The notes under the pieces: generated by a model | What the model was told of the DNA's origin: nothing | The model's input: the letters and a program-made list of their open reading frames with translations, nothing else | The model's database searches: none | DNA from: a virus | IMG/VR virus record: IMGVR_UViG_3300035698_007508 | Span: 62,755-126,754 of that record | Reading direction: 5' to 3' (one strand) | Length of the DNA: 64,000 nucleotides | Part shown: in pieces, positions 9,498-19,773 of the stretch | Layout of the letters: the number at the start of each line of letters is the position of its first letter | How positions within the stretch are numbered: the stretch's first letter is position 1 | Translations under genes and position numbers: made by a program

Positions 9498-11143
9498 ACC
9501 AAACACCGTCATTGCCCATAGCAGACCTGGCCCCAGCCGGCGACAAAGCGTTCGACTGGTTGGGTAAACTGTGGACATCTATCTTCGACGACAGCGACCT
9601 GATCCGTAACTGGACGACGGCGCAGGCCCTGCTATCGACACAGCTGTATCTCAACTTCCTGGAGACACTCCAGCTGCCCGACCGTACCAAATCGCCTGTG
9701 TTCCACCGGGACCGCTGGCGTATGCTGACGATCAAACAGTCCGAGCAGAACACCGGACCCGCTGTGGCTCTACGCCTGGGTAGCACGTACACGCCCGTGG
9801 TAGGCCCACAGGTCAGCGCGCCGTTCACGCCCGGGACTACGCCGCAGATCGGCGGCCACGCCGCTATTACAGGCCTCACGGCCTACCCGCTGGATACAGA
9901 TATCACACAAGTTTCTACGGTCATTGTCGACGATATCGTGACACCGACCAAGGTACTGGTCAGCGGCGTGGACTTCCGTATCGAAAATGGTACGATCCTG
10001 TTCTACAACTACAATGACCCGTTCACGCTGGGATTTCCATCCCGTGCGATCCACACTGCCGCAGGTGATGACGTGGAGATCGCTTTGTGGGCCGGTGACG
10101 CGCTCGTAGACCGCGACTACGTGTACAAGCACCTTGGGTACGTCCTGGGCCTGCGGGATGTGTCCAGCGAGTTCTACAGCACGTATCTGAATGCACTGTG
10201 GGACGTGTATAATAACGGCGCCAGTATCGCATTGTTCCGCAGCGGTGTGGCGGCGTTACTCGATGAGCCCTACATTCAGGAGCAGTGCGAGATAGTGCAG
10301 CAGGTGCTGACCAGTCCCCGCCGCCAGGTCATCACGGACAAACACGTATATAAAATTCCGCAATCTGCGACTTTAAGGGCCCAAATAGTCCGCGGCGCCG
10401 TACTACATACCGGTGAATTGCTGACCGAAACACTACACATTTGGGACAATTTGGATCCAACCCGACTGTCGGCCGACGCCCAGGACGCGGCGCAGCTCCG
10501 GGCAGATGTACCGGCCTTCTTCCTACCCTCTGGCTTCTTCCGTGCCGAGCTCAAGCACGGCCTGGGTGTGACCTGGGAGCTCACACCACTCACGTATAGT
10601 GGTCAGGACACTAATGGCAATCCGAAGCTGCGATTCACTGTTTACGGAGCAGATTACGACATCGAGGCGTTTTGGTCCGACTTCGATGCGTACTGCGAAA
10701 CACATAACATATCAGGTCAGACTTGCTTTACGGATGAGCTGCATGGTACATTGACTCCGGTAGTTGGGGCAGAATGGGGAACGGTATCCCCGTTCGAGTA
10801 CTTCCTGTCCAATTACTTGAAAGCGAATCTGCTGATTGTGGCGGTCGATTCGGATAAGCTGAGTGCACAGGGTCGTCAGACACTGCATCTGCTGGGTAAC
10901 CTGCAGAACGGGATACCGGCACACACTTGCTTTTTCGTGGTGGACCATCAGAGCGTCGGACCAGACCCTTACGACCTGGCTGAGCAGACAGAAGATAGTG
11001 TGCTGCCGATACTGGCAATGCCGCTGTACGAAATGGCCGGCACAGGAGTGTACGTTAAGACTAACCTGCGGTACGGTGATGCGAGACCACGCATCGCCTG
11101 GGTACCAAAATGTCGGAGAGAAACGGATGAAGCGAATACATGA
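9494..11143 (+). CDS. Baseplate wedge/tail protein
   Basis: 549 aa following J, ending with an '...IPAHT' motif typical of J-partner (gpI/gp7-like) proteins. Confidence 0.5.
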   Translation: MNQTPSLPIADLAPAGDKAFDWLGKLWTSIFDDSDLIRNWTTAQALLSTQLYLNFLETLQLPDRTKSPVFHRDRWRMLTIKQSEQNTGPAVALRLGSTYTPVVGPQVSAPFTPGTTPQIGGHAAITGLTAYPLDTDITQVSTVIVDDIVTPTKVLVSGVDFRIENGTILFYNYNDPFTLGFPSRAIHTAAGDDVEIALWAGDALVDRDYVYKHLGYVLGLRDVSSEFYSTYLNALWDVYNNGASIALFRSGVAALLDEPYIQEQCEIVQQVLTSPRRQVITDKHVYKIPQSATLRAQIVRGAVLHTGELLTETLHIWDNLDPTRLSADAQDAAQLRADVPAFFLPSGFFRAELKHGLGVTWELTPLTYSGQDTNGNPKLRFTVYGADYDIEAFWSDFDAYCETHNISGQTCFTDELHGTLTPVVGAEWGTVSPFEYFLSNYLKANLLIVAVDSDKLSAQGRQTLHLLGNLQNGIPAHTCFFVVDHQSVGPDPYDLAEQTEDSVLPILAMPLYEMAGTGVYVKTNLRYGDARPRIAWVPKCRRETDEANT

Positions 11144-11765
11144 TATCGGTCCCGGGTGCACGGGACGCATTGAAGTGAAGTTGGTGGATGCACACGGCAA
11201 CTTTCGACCGTTTCTACGACGTTCGAATACCATTGCGTACTCCGCTGCGGACCTGATGGCTCGTGCGTTAGGCGGAGACGACACGTACCTACCGCGACAC
11301 ATCGGCTTCATCTACGGGACCGGGGCATCGCCGCTTATGGATGACCCGGATCTACTGCCGGCCGCAACACGCCGGAACCATGACTGGGCCAAGATTGCGA
11401 GTGACGTAGCTGCGATCGGTGGCAACATCGCCATCTGCCCATACGCCATGGCGCCATCGCTGTCACTAGACGGTAACTCCGGGCTATACACGGCCAACGC
11501 TGTGACGTTCACCGGTCACACAGGACTCGTGCGGGAGTACGGCTTCTCGACGACAGGTGCGACGTACGCTGCTGACATAGACACTGTTACGGCCAGTGAC
11601 CCCGACGCACTCTATTTCTACCAGGCGGTACTGCTGAACAGGTGGCAGTCGGGCACCGCCATCACGTATACGCCGTTTGCGCGTGCTGCCCTCGGATCGG
11701 CACCTTTTACGCCGAAGCCAGACAACTTCGAGCTGGCAGTCTATTGGACCATCACGTTCAAGTAA
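11127..11765 (+). CDS. Hypothetical tail/baseplate protein (start revised from 10863 to 11127)
   Basis: GGAG at about 11115 precedes ATG 11127 (MKRIHDIG...). The longer ORF-track start overlaps the upstream gene by 280 nt. Confidence 0.65.
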   Translation: MKRIHDIGPGCTGRIEVKLVDAHGNFRPFLRRSNTIAYSAADLMARALGGDDTYLPRHIGFIYGTGASPLMDDPDLLPAATRRNHDWAKIASDVAAIGGNIAICPYAMAPSLSLDGNSGLYTANAVTFTGHTGLVREYGFSTTGATYAADIDTVTASDPDALYFYQAVLLNRWQSGTAITYTPFARAALGSAPFTPKPDNFELAVYWTITFK

Positions 11766-11774
11766 GGAGTCATC

Positions 11775-14700
11775 ATGTCATTGTGGGTACAAGTAATCGG
11801 ATTTGCGAATGGCGAGTACGTTGAGGAGGATACGCTCAACCGGCCTGTGATTCAGCTGCGTGAGCGTACGGATTTCTTGTACGGCCGCATGCAGGACCTG
11901 GCAGGTGCGGGCAATTTCGAAGCACTGCGCCTTGTGGACGTCTCGCTGGCCAGCGATCAGGACGCGCCGGCAGTCAAGGATATCGTGTACCTGGACCCGG
12001 CGACGCGTCTATACACGAAGGCTGTGGCACGGGCCACGATCGAGAGCAACGTGTTTCAATTGGCAAATGACTCGGCATACGCCGTAGGCATACTGGTCAG
12101 TAAGTCCGGGGACCGCGGTACGGTGCTCGTGTCAGGTAAGCTGGCGCTGACCGATACGGGGCCCTGGGATCTGTCTACGCTGGTAGAGGATGGCGAAGAG
12201 TTTCGTCCCGGCCCGTACTACCTGTCCGCACAGACGCCCGGCAAGATGACTGCGTACCCTAGCGGTATGGCCATTTACATCGGGTACTTCACAGACGCGG
12301 CGGCCACGCCCGGCTCGGGCGGTGTCGCACTAATTAGCCCGCAGTACAAGGATGTGGGCGAGGCTCACTTGCATCGTGCATTCGCGCTCGCAGGGCAGCC
12401 TGCGGGTACACAGGTGATCACCGGCAGCATCCCGAACGCACAGCATACGCTGGTCGGCCATGACCCGCGCAGTACGAGCCAGAGCGTACACAGCGCGCAT
12501 ACAGGCGCTGACGCTGCTACCGTGCTATTCGACGGTCTGTTCAATTTCACGCTCGCCAACTACATCGGCCTGCTCGTCACGAACGTGACCACTGCCGAAT
12601 CCAGCCGCGTAACGGACAATGACACCGACGAGGTCGAGACCGCTGACGATATCCTGTGGGATACTGGCGATGACTGGTACATGAGCCCACGTGTGCGTCT
12701 GAGCATTCTCGGACCGTTCACCGGCAACGACAGCACGAGCTACACGCTGACCCTCACCGATTCTACCGGGTTGGCGGTTGCCGGCTCCAACGCGCCTGGA
12801 AACGGCACGTACGGCTTTGCGGACGCATACCTTAAGTGGGTATCCAGTGACCCTACCGAGGGCGATGGTATCGTACGCCTGGTCGGCTACGAAGTACCCG
12901 TACCGTTTGGTACCAAGGGTTGCCGTGCGGTCCTGGAGAACGCACTGGAGGACAGCGGCGTTGCCGATGAGCTGTGGAATTGGTGTGAGGCAGCTACGGA
13001 GGACCTGTCGCGGCGTCAGTGGACCGTTACGGTGCCCGATGACACGCGGGGCTGGCGCGCACGTAAGTTCCGCCAGTTTGCCGCCAATAACCAGGCTGTG
13101 AACGGTGGCTTTTCGCTCGTAACCTTTGGGACGTACGCCAACACGGGCGACCGTCTGGAGGAGGAACTCATGATCGTTGCCTCACGGCTGTACAAGCTGG
13201 TATACGCCAGCAACCCCGTAGACGGCGACACGATCACAGTGGGCGACGCTACCTATGAGTTTGACGATGATGGTACAGTCAGTGACGCGAACCATATCCA
13301 GGTCGTGATTGACTATGCCAGTGCGGATGATACCTACGCTGCGCTGCGCGACGCTATGCTGGCGTACGGCGCCGAAGGTACGCACGTAGCCACGGATGAA
13401 GATACCAACGCGCTGTTCATCGCGGTACTGCCGGCCGAGACTGTTGCCCTATCCGGTGGTTTCACCGGCACGACCCTGACGCTGCTTGCGGCCGGTACAG
13501 CGACTGATATCAGCGCCGGAACCCCGATGCTACTGGTGTACGACACCGACAACGTATCACAGGTTCCGGGCGCGCTTGGCTACTGGAATAACGTTCAGTA
13601 CTTCGTACCGGTCACACTCAAGAACGGCGTCAAACTCATGTTCACCCCGTTCGACCAGTCTGGTACGGACGTTACGAGTTCGGCGGTTGCCGGTGGCGAC
13701 TATTGGACCGTGGAACTCGTCGACGAAGCGCCTGGCGCACTGTTCGAGTACGCGCTGGACATGGACAGTGCGCTGCGTCAGTACTACCCGCCTGTCCCTC
13801 TGGCAGCGGCTGCCATGGTCGTCAACGGCGTCGAGATGGAGAGCTATGCCACGCATCCGGCCAACCCGGCTTGGCGTCCGGCCTACGGCGGCCTGTATTG
13901 GTACGACGACACATACGGCCGCGTACCGTGGCCTGTGGATTGGGTCTCAAGCGCCGTACCCGGCATCTACCCGACGTTGACTACACTGTACATGGTGCAC
14001 ATGCGCGTACAGGACACGTCGGTTGTCACGAGTTTGCAGCCAGCCCCGGGCTCACCCATCAGGGTCACACGCTGCGGTACGACTGATCCGGCTACTACAG
14101 GCGATCTGATGCTGGATGTTGAACTTACGCTGTCCGAGGAGAACGCCGGGCTGGATGATTATCTGGTACTTAAGCGTGTACAGGGTACGAAGCTGTTGAA
14201 GGGCCCCGTGGTCTCCAAGATCCGCCAAGGTGCGGGTATCGCCATCAGCTCACCGCCAGGCGTGCCTGAGGGTGCTGGCGAAGTCACGATCAGTCTATCA
14301 GACGCGCAGGACTACGCTGGTGACTTCGGAAAGCTGGCGTACCGCAATGCCAAGCAGGAACTGATCGGTATGTTCCCGTACACCCGCTTACTGGGCTGGA
14401 CCACCGGCAACCAGAACGTACCTTCCGGCCTTGTTGCCCAGTTCCAGGTGCCGTACACGGTACAAGGTGAATACCAAGTGTTCGTGTACATGACCGTCTT
14501 CGGTGAAGAGGACATTCCGTTAGTAATCGGCGCAACCAATGCTGTCAAGTACGTGGGCCTGACGTTCGGTTACTCGGTGCTGCGTGACTATAACCCGTAC
14601 ACCGCGCCGGACAATGATACGTACGGTACGATGCTGGACAACGTCATCACGCCTGCCAACGGCGCGGCTCAAGTAGAGATACCGTTGGGTATAACTGGCG

Positions 14701-15017
14701 GTACCGCGTACGTAGACGCTGATGGTGGCAGCAGCACGAAGGTATACGGCGCGTACGATCCGATGGTGGTACACAACAACCCTAATGAGCCCGACGTGGC
14801 GGGGCGTATCGTGCGTATCCTGGATACGGCGTTCCCCAGCGTGGGCGATCTCAAGGGTAGTGTAGTCACGGATGCACCGCTGTCCAACGTGACGGTGCAG
14901 GCTGGCAGCATGGTCGGTATCGAGATACAACGTGCGGGCGTTGCCAGTGCCGCTTCCGAATACACAGGCGCGTTCGGCATCATGCAACTACGGTGGCGCC
15001 TAACCCGTGTTGACTAG
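11775..15017 (+). CDS. Large virion protein, tail fibre/baseplate-associated
   Basis: 1080 aa, AAGGAG RBS, N-terminal 'RPVIQLRERTDFL' fibre-type motif, Thr/Asp/Gly-rich beta content. Confidence 0.55.
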   Translation: MSLWVQVIGFANGEYVEEDTLNRPVIQLRERTDFLYGRMQDLAGAGNFEALRLVDVSLASDQDAPAVKDIVYLDPATRLYTKAVARATIESNVFQLANDSAYAVGILVSKSGDRGTVLVSGKLALTDTGPWDLSTLVEDGEEFRPGPYYLSAQTPGKMTAYPSGMAIYIGYFTDAAATPGSGGVALISPQYKDVGEAHLHRAFALAGQPAGTQVITGSIPNAQHTLVGHDPRSTSQSVHSAHTGADAATVLFDGLFNFTLANYIGLLVTNVTTAESSRVTDNDTDEVETADDILWDTGDDWYMSPRVRLSILGPFTGNDSTSYTLTLTDSTGLAVAGSNAPGNGTYGFADAYLKWVSSDPTEGDGIVRLVGYEVPVPFGTKGCRAVLENALEDSGVADELWNWCEAATEDLSRRQWTVTVPDDTRGWRARKFRQFAANNQAVNGGFSLVTFGTYANTGDRLEEELMIVASRLYKLVYASNPVDGDTITVGDATYEFDDDGTVSDANHIQVVIDYASADDTYAALRDAMLAYGAEGTHVATDEDTNALFIAVLPAETVALSGGFTGTTLTLLAAGTATDISAGTPMLLVYDTDNVSQVPGALGYWNNVQYFVPVTLKNGVKLMFTPFDQSGTDVTSSAVAGGDYWTVELVDEAPGALFEYALDMDSALRQYYPPVPLAAAAMVVNGVEMESYATHPANPAWRPAYGGLYWYDDTYGRVPWPVDWVSSAVPGIYPTLTTLYMVHMRVQDTSVVTSLQPAPGSPIRVTRCGTTDPATTGDLMLDVELTLSEENAGLDDYLVLKRVQGTKLLKGPVVSKIRQGAGIAISSPPGVPEGAGEVTISLSDAQDYAGDFGKLAYRNAKQELIGMFPYTRLLGWTTGNQNVPSGLVAQFQVPYTVQGEYQVFVYMTVFGEEDIPLVIGATNAVKYVGLTFGYSVLRDYNPYTAPDNDTYGTMLDNVITPANGAAQVEIPLGITGGTAYVDADGGSSTKVYGAYDPMVVHNNPNEPDVAGRIVRILDTAFPSVGDLKGSVVTDAPLSNVTVQAGSMVGIEIQRAGVASAASEYTGAFGIMQLRWRLTRVD

Positions 15018-15025
15018 GAGACATT

Positions 15026-15919
15026 ATGGACACGGTTTACCAGGAATGGTTGAATCAGAATGCGTATCGTGCGTACCCGCTACGTGAGGACACGTCGCGG
15101 GTATCGACAGATGTCATGCAGATCACGCTACCTACGTACCTGTTGGTCGACTTCATAATCACGGTGCCTGGCGACAGCACTTTTGAGCTGACACTCGGTA
15201 AGCTGGCGTTCGTCGGCGGGTTCCTGACGTGCCTGTTCGTTGACGACGATGGCGTGACTGTGTGTACGTTGGCCGTGGATACGAGCAGCCACACGGCCTA
15301 CCAGGCGTACGAGCTCGTAGGGCAGGGGGCGTATGAGGATTGCCGCGGTAAGGCCGTCCTGGGTGACCTGGCGAAACTCAGGAACGATGTACCCGACGGC
15401 GCCTATACGTATAACGACACCGTGCTGGAGGCCAGCGTCGTGCGGCCTGATATCCGGGGTGTGCGCTCGTTACAGACGGCCAGCGGTGATGTATTGTCCG
15501 AGCGTATTTTCGGGCATGTACGCCTGATCGAAGGCGCCAATATCCGGCTCACGTACCTACCGGATCAGAATGGTATCCGCATCGACGCCATCGACGGCGC
15601 AGGCTTTAACGAAACGTGCGAATGCGACGAACAATACCAGCTCCCGGACTGCGTGCGACGCGTTGGCGGTATCAATGCTGAGGACGTACAGATTGTCGGC
15701 GATGGTAAGTGCGTGGATGTCTCGGTGTCTGGTAATACGATCACGATCTCTGATACGTGCTCGGAGCCGTGTTGCGGTTGCCCCGAACTGGAGTTCATCA
15801 CGACTCACCTCGACTTGCTGCAGTCCACCCTAACCCGCGTAGAGGAGTATGCCGATGTGTTACGCAACCGCACGCTCGAATTGATCACGAGTATGCTGGC
15901 AGCAACACGAGGTGGTTAA
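15026..15919 (+). CDS. Paralogue 1 of a five-gene virion protein family
   Basis: N-terminus YQEWLNQNAYRAYPLRED; internal 'IFGHVRLIEGANI'; Cys-rich C-terminus. Confidence 0.7.
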   Translation: MDTVYQEWLNQNAYRAYPLREDTSRVSTDVMQITLPTYLLVDFIITVPGDSTFELTLGKLAFVGGFLTCLFVDDDGVTVCTLAVDTSSHTAYQAYELVGQGAYEDCRGKAVLGDLAKLRNDVPDGAYTYNDTVLEASVVRPDIRGVRSLQTASGDVLSERIFGHVRLIEGANIRLTYLPDQNGIRIDAIDGAGFNETCECDEQYQLPDCVRRVGGINAEDVQIVGDGKCVDVSVSGNTITISDTCSEPCCGCPELEFITTHLDLLQSTLTRVEEYADVLRNRTLELITSMLAATRGG

Positions 15920-17247
15920 TGTCGAAATTAGGTCTTGAATTCCTAACATCCAACGCAGGTACAGCATTCCCGTTCGCGGAAAACGCAACGGGTGTGGCGT
16001 ATTCTGCCGATATGGTAGCGTATGCTGAGGACACCGTGTTCTTGGGGGCCGGTCGTATACCCGCAGAAGCTTTCGTCGATGCCGTCCTGATAACGCCGCC
16101 GGATGTGACTGGCGTGTACCTGTACAGTATCGCGCCCACAGGTGCTGGTGGCGCACCCTATACGTTTCGATTTGACAACCAAGACGGTGCGGAGCTGCTG
16201 ACTACCACGCTCGCTGCGTTACCCGACCTGGTGAACGGGCACGGGCTCGTGACGTTCGAAGGCGAAGAGTGCGTGATCAGGCTTGTAGTGGGTCAGGCGT
16301 TCAACGATTACTTGGCCGGTATGACGCGCATCACTGCATTCGTGACGCGGTTACCATTCGAAGCCGCCACGGTTGAGACCCGTCCGGCGCGGCTGCAGTC
16401 GGTCCAGATCTATGCAGCCCCGGACGTCGCCAAGTACCCCGAACGCTACACTGGTGACGTACAACTCGTGGCGGGTTACAACGTCGAACTGGACGCCGAG
16501 GAAGCCGAGACAGATACCACAACACTCACGATGGTGGCACTGCCAGGTACAGGACAGGGCGTAGCGCCTTGTGAGGTGCACCAGGCGGTCACCGGCCGGA
16601 CCCAGCGTATGCTGAGCCTCGTGCCCGACGCCGCAGGCAACATCCGCATTGTAGGGGATGACTGCTACGAGATCGTGCCGATCCCGGGCCTGAACACGAT
16701 TCGCATTGAGGGTAACTGTTACGCATGCTGTCAGTGCGAGGACTATGTAGCTACGGCGCGTGCGGTACAGCAGCTGATGGAGCGTACCGACGCCATGCGG
16801 CTCGAATTGATTGATATCCACGAAGAGTACTCGGAGCGCCTGGTCCACTACGAGACGGTGCACATCCCGACGCTCCAGACCCTGTATGTGCATACACACG
16901 GTGTGCGCGGTATCGCCGTACCTGGCGAGATCGGCGGGGCCAGCCGGCACGGGCACTTCACGATGCAGGTTACGAACGAGAGCGCAGAAGAGGCTACGAG
17001 CGTGCGTGTCACTCTGAGCCCGGTAGGCTGTGCCATACTGGCCGGTGCCGCCAATACTAAGACCGGTGGCGAGACCATGTTGGGCTCGTGGTCGGGTACG
17101 ATCGGCCCGGGCGATTACGTTAACGTCGTTATCCGGGTCCGTTCGGACCAAACTCCGCCACAAGCTATGGAATGGCGTGTGACCTGGTCGATGTGGGATA
17201 CGGCGCACGAGAAAGCAGGTACAACGCTTTTCACAGGGGCCAACTGA
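15919..17247 (+). CDS. Paralogue 2 (start revised to 15919)
   Basis: TAATG overlap. N-terminus LEFLTSNAGTAFPFAEN; 'YTGDVQLVAGYNV', 'LVPDAAGNIRI', CYACCQC motif. Confidence 0.7.
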   Translation: MSKLGLEFLTSNAGTAFPFAENATGVAYSADMVAYAEDTVFLGAGRIPAEAFVDAVLITPPDVTGVYLYSIAPTGAGGAPYTFRFDNQDGAELLTTTLAALPDLVNGHGLVTFEGEECVIRLVVGQAFNDYLAGMTRITAFVTRLPFEAATVETRPARLQSVQIYAAPDVAKYPERYTGDVQLVAGYNVELDAEEAETDTTTLTMVALPGTGQGVAPCEVHQAVTGRTQRMLSLVPDAAGNIRIVGDDCYEIVPIPGLNTIRIEGNCYACCQCEDYVATARAVQQLMERTDAMRLELIDIHEEYSERLVHYETVHIPTLQTLYVHTHGVRGIAVPGEIGGASRHGHFTMQVTNESAEEATSVRVTLSPVGCAILAGAANTKTGGETMLGSWSGTIGPGDYVNVVIRVRSDQTPPQAMEWRVTWSMWDTAHEKAGTTLFTGAN

Positions 17248-17933
17248 TGCAATCGAACTACATAGAGTGGTGCAATGAGAACGAAGACCGCAGCTATCCT
17301 CTCGAAGAGGGTACTACGCAGCGTGCCCTGTCGGGCCGGCAGTTACCGACCGACATCATTGCCGACATGGGTATCCTGGTACCTGCCAGCTACACTGACA
17401 TCTACGTCTCGTCCGTACGCGTGACGCCCGCTCTCTATAGCGTGTGCCTGGCCAGCGGTACGGCGCCGTTGTTGGTCTGCGCTGTCCCGACCGCCGGTTA
17501 CACACCGTACGAGGCCGTAGCCATGGACCCGCAAGTCGAGGACGTGACAGGCTGGGTGGTATTCGGTAACCATAGAACCACGGTAGCGGAGCAATACAGC
17601 TTCACCGATGCCAATGCCAGCGGTCTGGCGAGTCGGGCTGTACGTGTGGTCGACTCGCTGCCGGTGCGCCGTATGCTCAAGTATGGTGGATCCACCGCGC
17701 AATACATTGATAGGCTGGTCAATCTGGTAGGTGGCAACGCGCTACGGATCTACCAAGACCCGACAGACGATTCGAACATCATACTGGAGCTGGACGCCAG
17801 CAAGTGTGACTCATTTTTAGGCCCGTGCGACGTCTACCCGGATGCCGGTGGCTGTGAGCTCCCGCCGATCCGCGACATCAACGGCGTAGCCGCCAATTCC
17901 AGTGGTGTACTGACGCTGAGGTTCACAGGATGA
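17247..17933 (+). CDS. Paralogue 3 (start revised to 17247)
   Basis: TGATG overlap. N-terminus YIEWCNENEDRSYPLEE; C-terminal 'IRDINGVAANSSGVLTL'. Confidence 0.7.
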   Translation: MQSNYIEWCNENEDRSYPLEEGTTQRALSGRQLPTDIIADMGILVPASYTDIYVSSVRVTPALYSVCLASGTAPLLVCAVPTAGYTPYEAVAMDPQVEDVTGWVVFGNHRTTVAEQYSFTDANASGLASRAVRVVDSLPVRRMLKYGGSTAQYIDRLVNLVGGNALRIYQDPTDDSNIILELDASKCDSFLGPCDVYPDAGGCELPPIRDINGVAANSSGVLTLRFTG

Positions 17934-18967
17934 ACACGTACTACCAAGAATATCTCAACCAGCACGAGCATCGGAAGTACCCATTTACGGACGATGCGCA
18001 CATGCTGAGTACCAGTGGGCAGCAGTTGAGCGTAGATGTTGTTATCGACGCCATGCTGTACCCGCTTGATGTGTCAGGGCCGATCCATTTGAGTCTGCTG
18101 GACATGGGTGGACGTAGCGTGCAGTTCCAAGCCGATGGCGTGCTGTGCGCTACCGGCACCTGGGAGACCGGTGATAGTACCGTGGACCTGTACGACACGA
18201 CCGGGTACGAGCGGCATGTCGGTGTCCTGGTATTGGGCGCTGGGGCACTGAATCTGACGGCCGAGACGCCTATGGAGTTCGATGCCGCGGCTACCCCGCT
18301 CGTACCTACTTGTGCGATTGAGCTGAATCAGACGGGCGTACGCGGCTTCGTGACCGATGATGCCAAGCTGACTACCGGTGTTGTGAGTCTGGAAGGCCGT
18401 AACGGTGCGGAAGTAACCTCGTACTACGACACACAAGGCCGCGCCGTCATTCGCGTTGACGTGTATGGCTGCCCGCCGCCGGCGAACGTGGATTGTGATA
18501 AACTGCCGGACATTACGACCATACGCATCGAGAACCGTGACTGCCCGCCCGTACTTGCATCGCCTGGTACCGACGGGGTAATCAACATCACCGGGGCGCC
18601 GGGATTCGGTGCTGATGCGCTGTGTAAGGCCAAACGCATACCCGCTGACGATGGGGAGACACCGGGTGAGGTCGATACCTGTGACGAAGACGGTGATGCC
18701 CCGGTTGCGTTTGTATGTCCACCCGATACCAGCTACAATGTGCCGGTGCATGGTGGTCGGATCATGTTTGTTGCGCCGGGCACACTGGCGTCAGACAACC
18801 CGATCAAGATCATGAATGAAACGACGCCCGGTGAGACACCAGAATTGTCTAGGCTCGACGGCATGCGTAATTTGGATGCCGTGCAACGCCGCGTCAAGCA
18901 GTTATGGGGGCTTGGCATCCGTGACCGCGGATTGGTCACATTCAAGTTGAAAAGGAGTAAGTCGTGA
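17930..18967 (+). CDS. Paralogue 4
   Basis: N-terminus YQEYLNQHEHRKYPFTDD; 'LTTGVVSLEGRNG'. Confidence 0.7.
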   Translation: MNTYYQEYLNQHEHRKYPFTDDAHMLSTSGQQLSVDVVIDAMLYPLDVSGPIHLSLLDMGGRSVQFQADGVLCATGTWETGDSTVDLYDTTGYERHVGVLVLGAGALNLTAETPMEFDAAATPLVPTCAIELNQTGVRGFVTDDAKLTTGVVSLEGRNGAEVTSYYDTQGRAVIRVDVYGCPPPANVDCDKLPDITTIRIENRDCPPVLASPGTDGVINITGAPGFGADALCKAKRIPADDGETPGEVDTCDEDGDAPVAFVCPPDTSYNVPVHGGRIMFVAPGTLASDNPIKIMNETTPGETPELSRLDGMRNLDAVQRRVKQLWGLGIRDRGLVTFKLKRSKS

Positions 18968-19773
18968 CACCTACCATTCAATGGTTGAACGCGAACCGTT
19001 ACCGTAATTACCCGTTCCGGGAGGACTGGGTGACGACTATGACCGGTACGGTCGCTGTGCGTGAGCTCCCCAGCGCTGTGTTTCTCGACCTGCAGTACGT
19101 CGTGTACGTGCCCATTGTACCCGACTGGGCACGCCTGTGTTGTAGCACGATACAGGCAGACTCGGCATTCAACACACTGACATTCAGCTTCAGGTTGAGT
19201 ACGGGAACCTTCGGAAGTATTGTCGTTCCGCGTACAGTTACCACGTCGCCCATGACGCTGATAAGCCAAGGCATTCGGCTGCAAGTGGTCTTCGGGTCTG
19301 ACGGTATCAACGAGCTCCTGGATGCAATGGAGGCCGATGGTGATACCAGCGTACACAACATGGCCGCAAATGACCGTGACATGTTCGAGGCGTCCACGTT
19401 GATCCGACAGGACAAGCATCGTGTGACCAGCCTGGTGGGCGATACCGCCGGGTCTGTCCCGGTGTCCGGCGACGTGTACTGGCAGGAAGGGTACAATACA
19501 CGTGTGTTCCTACAGCCTAGCCCGCGTCGTCTGACGATCCTGGCCGAACCCGGCGCCGGCCTGGGCCGCTACTGCGTACGGCGCGAACCCACGCGGGTGG
19601 GTTGTGACGAGCTGCTTTTGGCCATCAATGAAGTGTACGCTGATGGGTACGGTAAGTTCCAACTGGTGGGCACCAACGGTATCGAGATCATTCCGGAGCC
19701 GAGTCACAACCGAATCACGGTGAAGACTCACGTGGATCCTGTAGAAATAGATTGTGAGGTGGCCGATGCCTAG
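18964..19773 (+). CDS. Paralogue 5
   Basis: GTG start. N-terminus IQWLNANRYRNYPFRED; 'VSGDVYWQEGYNT', 'LLAINEVYADGYGKFQL'. Confidence 0.7.
   Translation: MTPTIQWLNANRYRNYPFREDWVTTMTGTVAVRELPSAVFLDLQYVVYVPIVPDWARLCCSTIQADSAFNTLTFSFRLSTGTFGSIVVPRTVTTSPMTLISQGIRLQVVFGSDGINELLDAMEADGDTSVHNMAANDRDMFEASTLIRQDKHRVTSLVGDTAGSVPVSGDVYWQEGYNTRVFLQPSPRRLTILAEPGAGLGRYCVRREPTRVGCDELLLAINEVYADGYGKFQLVGTNGIEIIPEPSHNRITVKTHVDPVEIDCEVADA

Noticed and set aside
10863-11126. ORF-track N-terminal extensions here and at 15757, 17172, 21193, 21575, 24689, 49371 and 55240
   Set aside because: Each overlaps the upstream gene or a promoter; downstream starts have an RBS or stop/start coupling.
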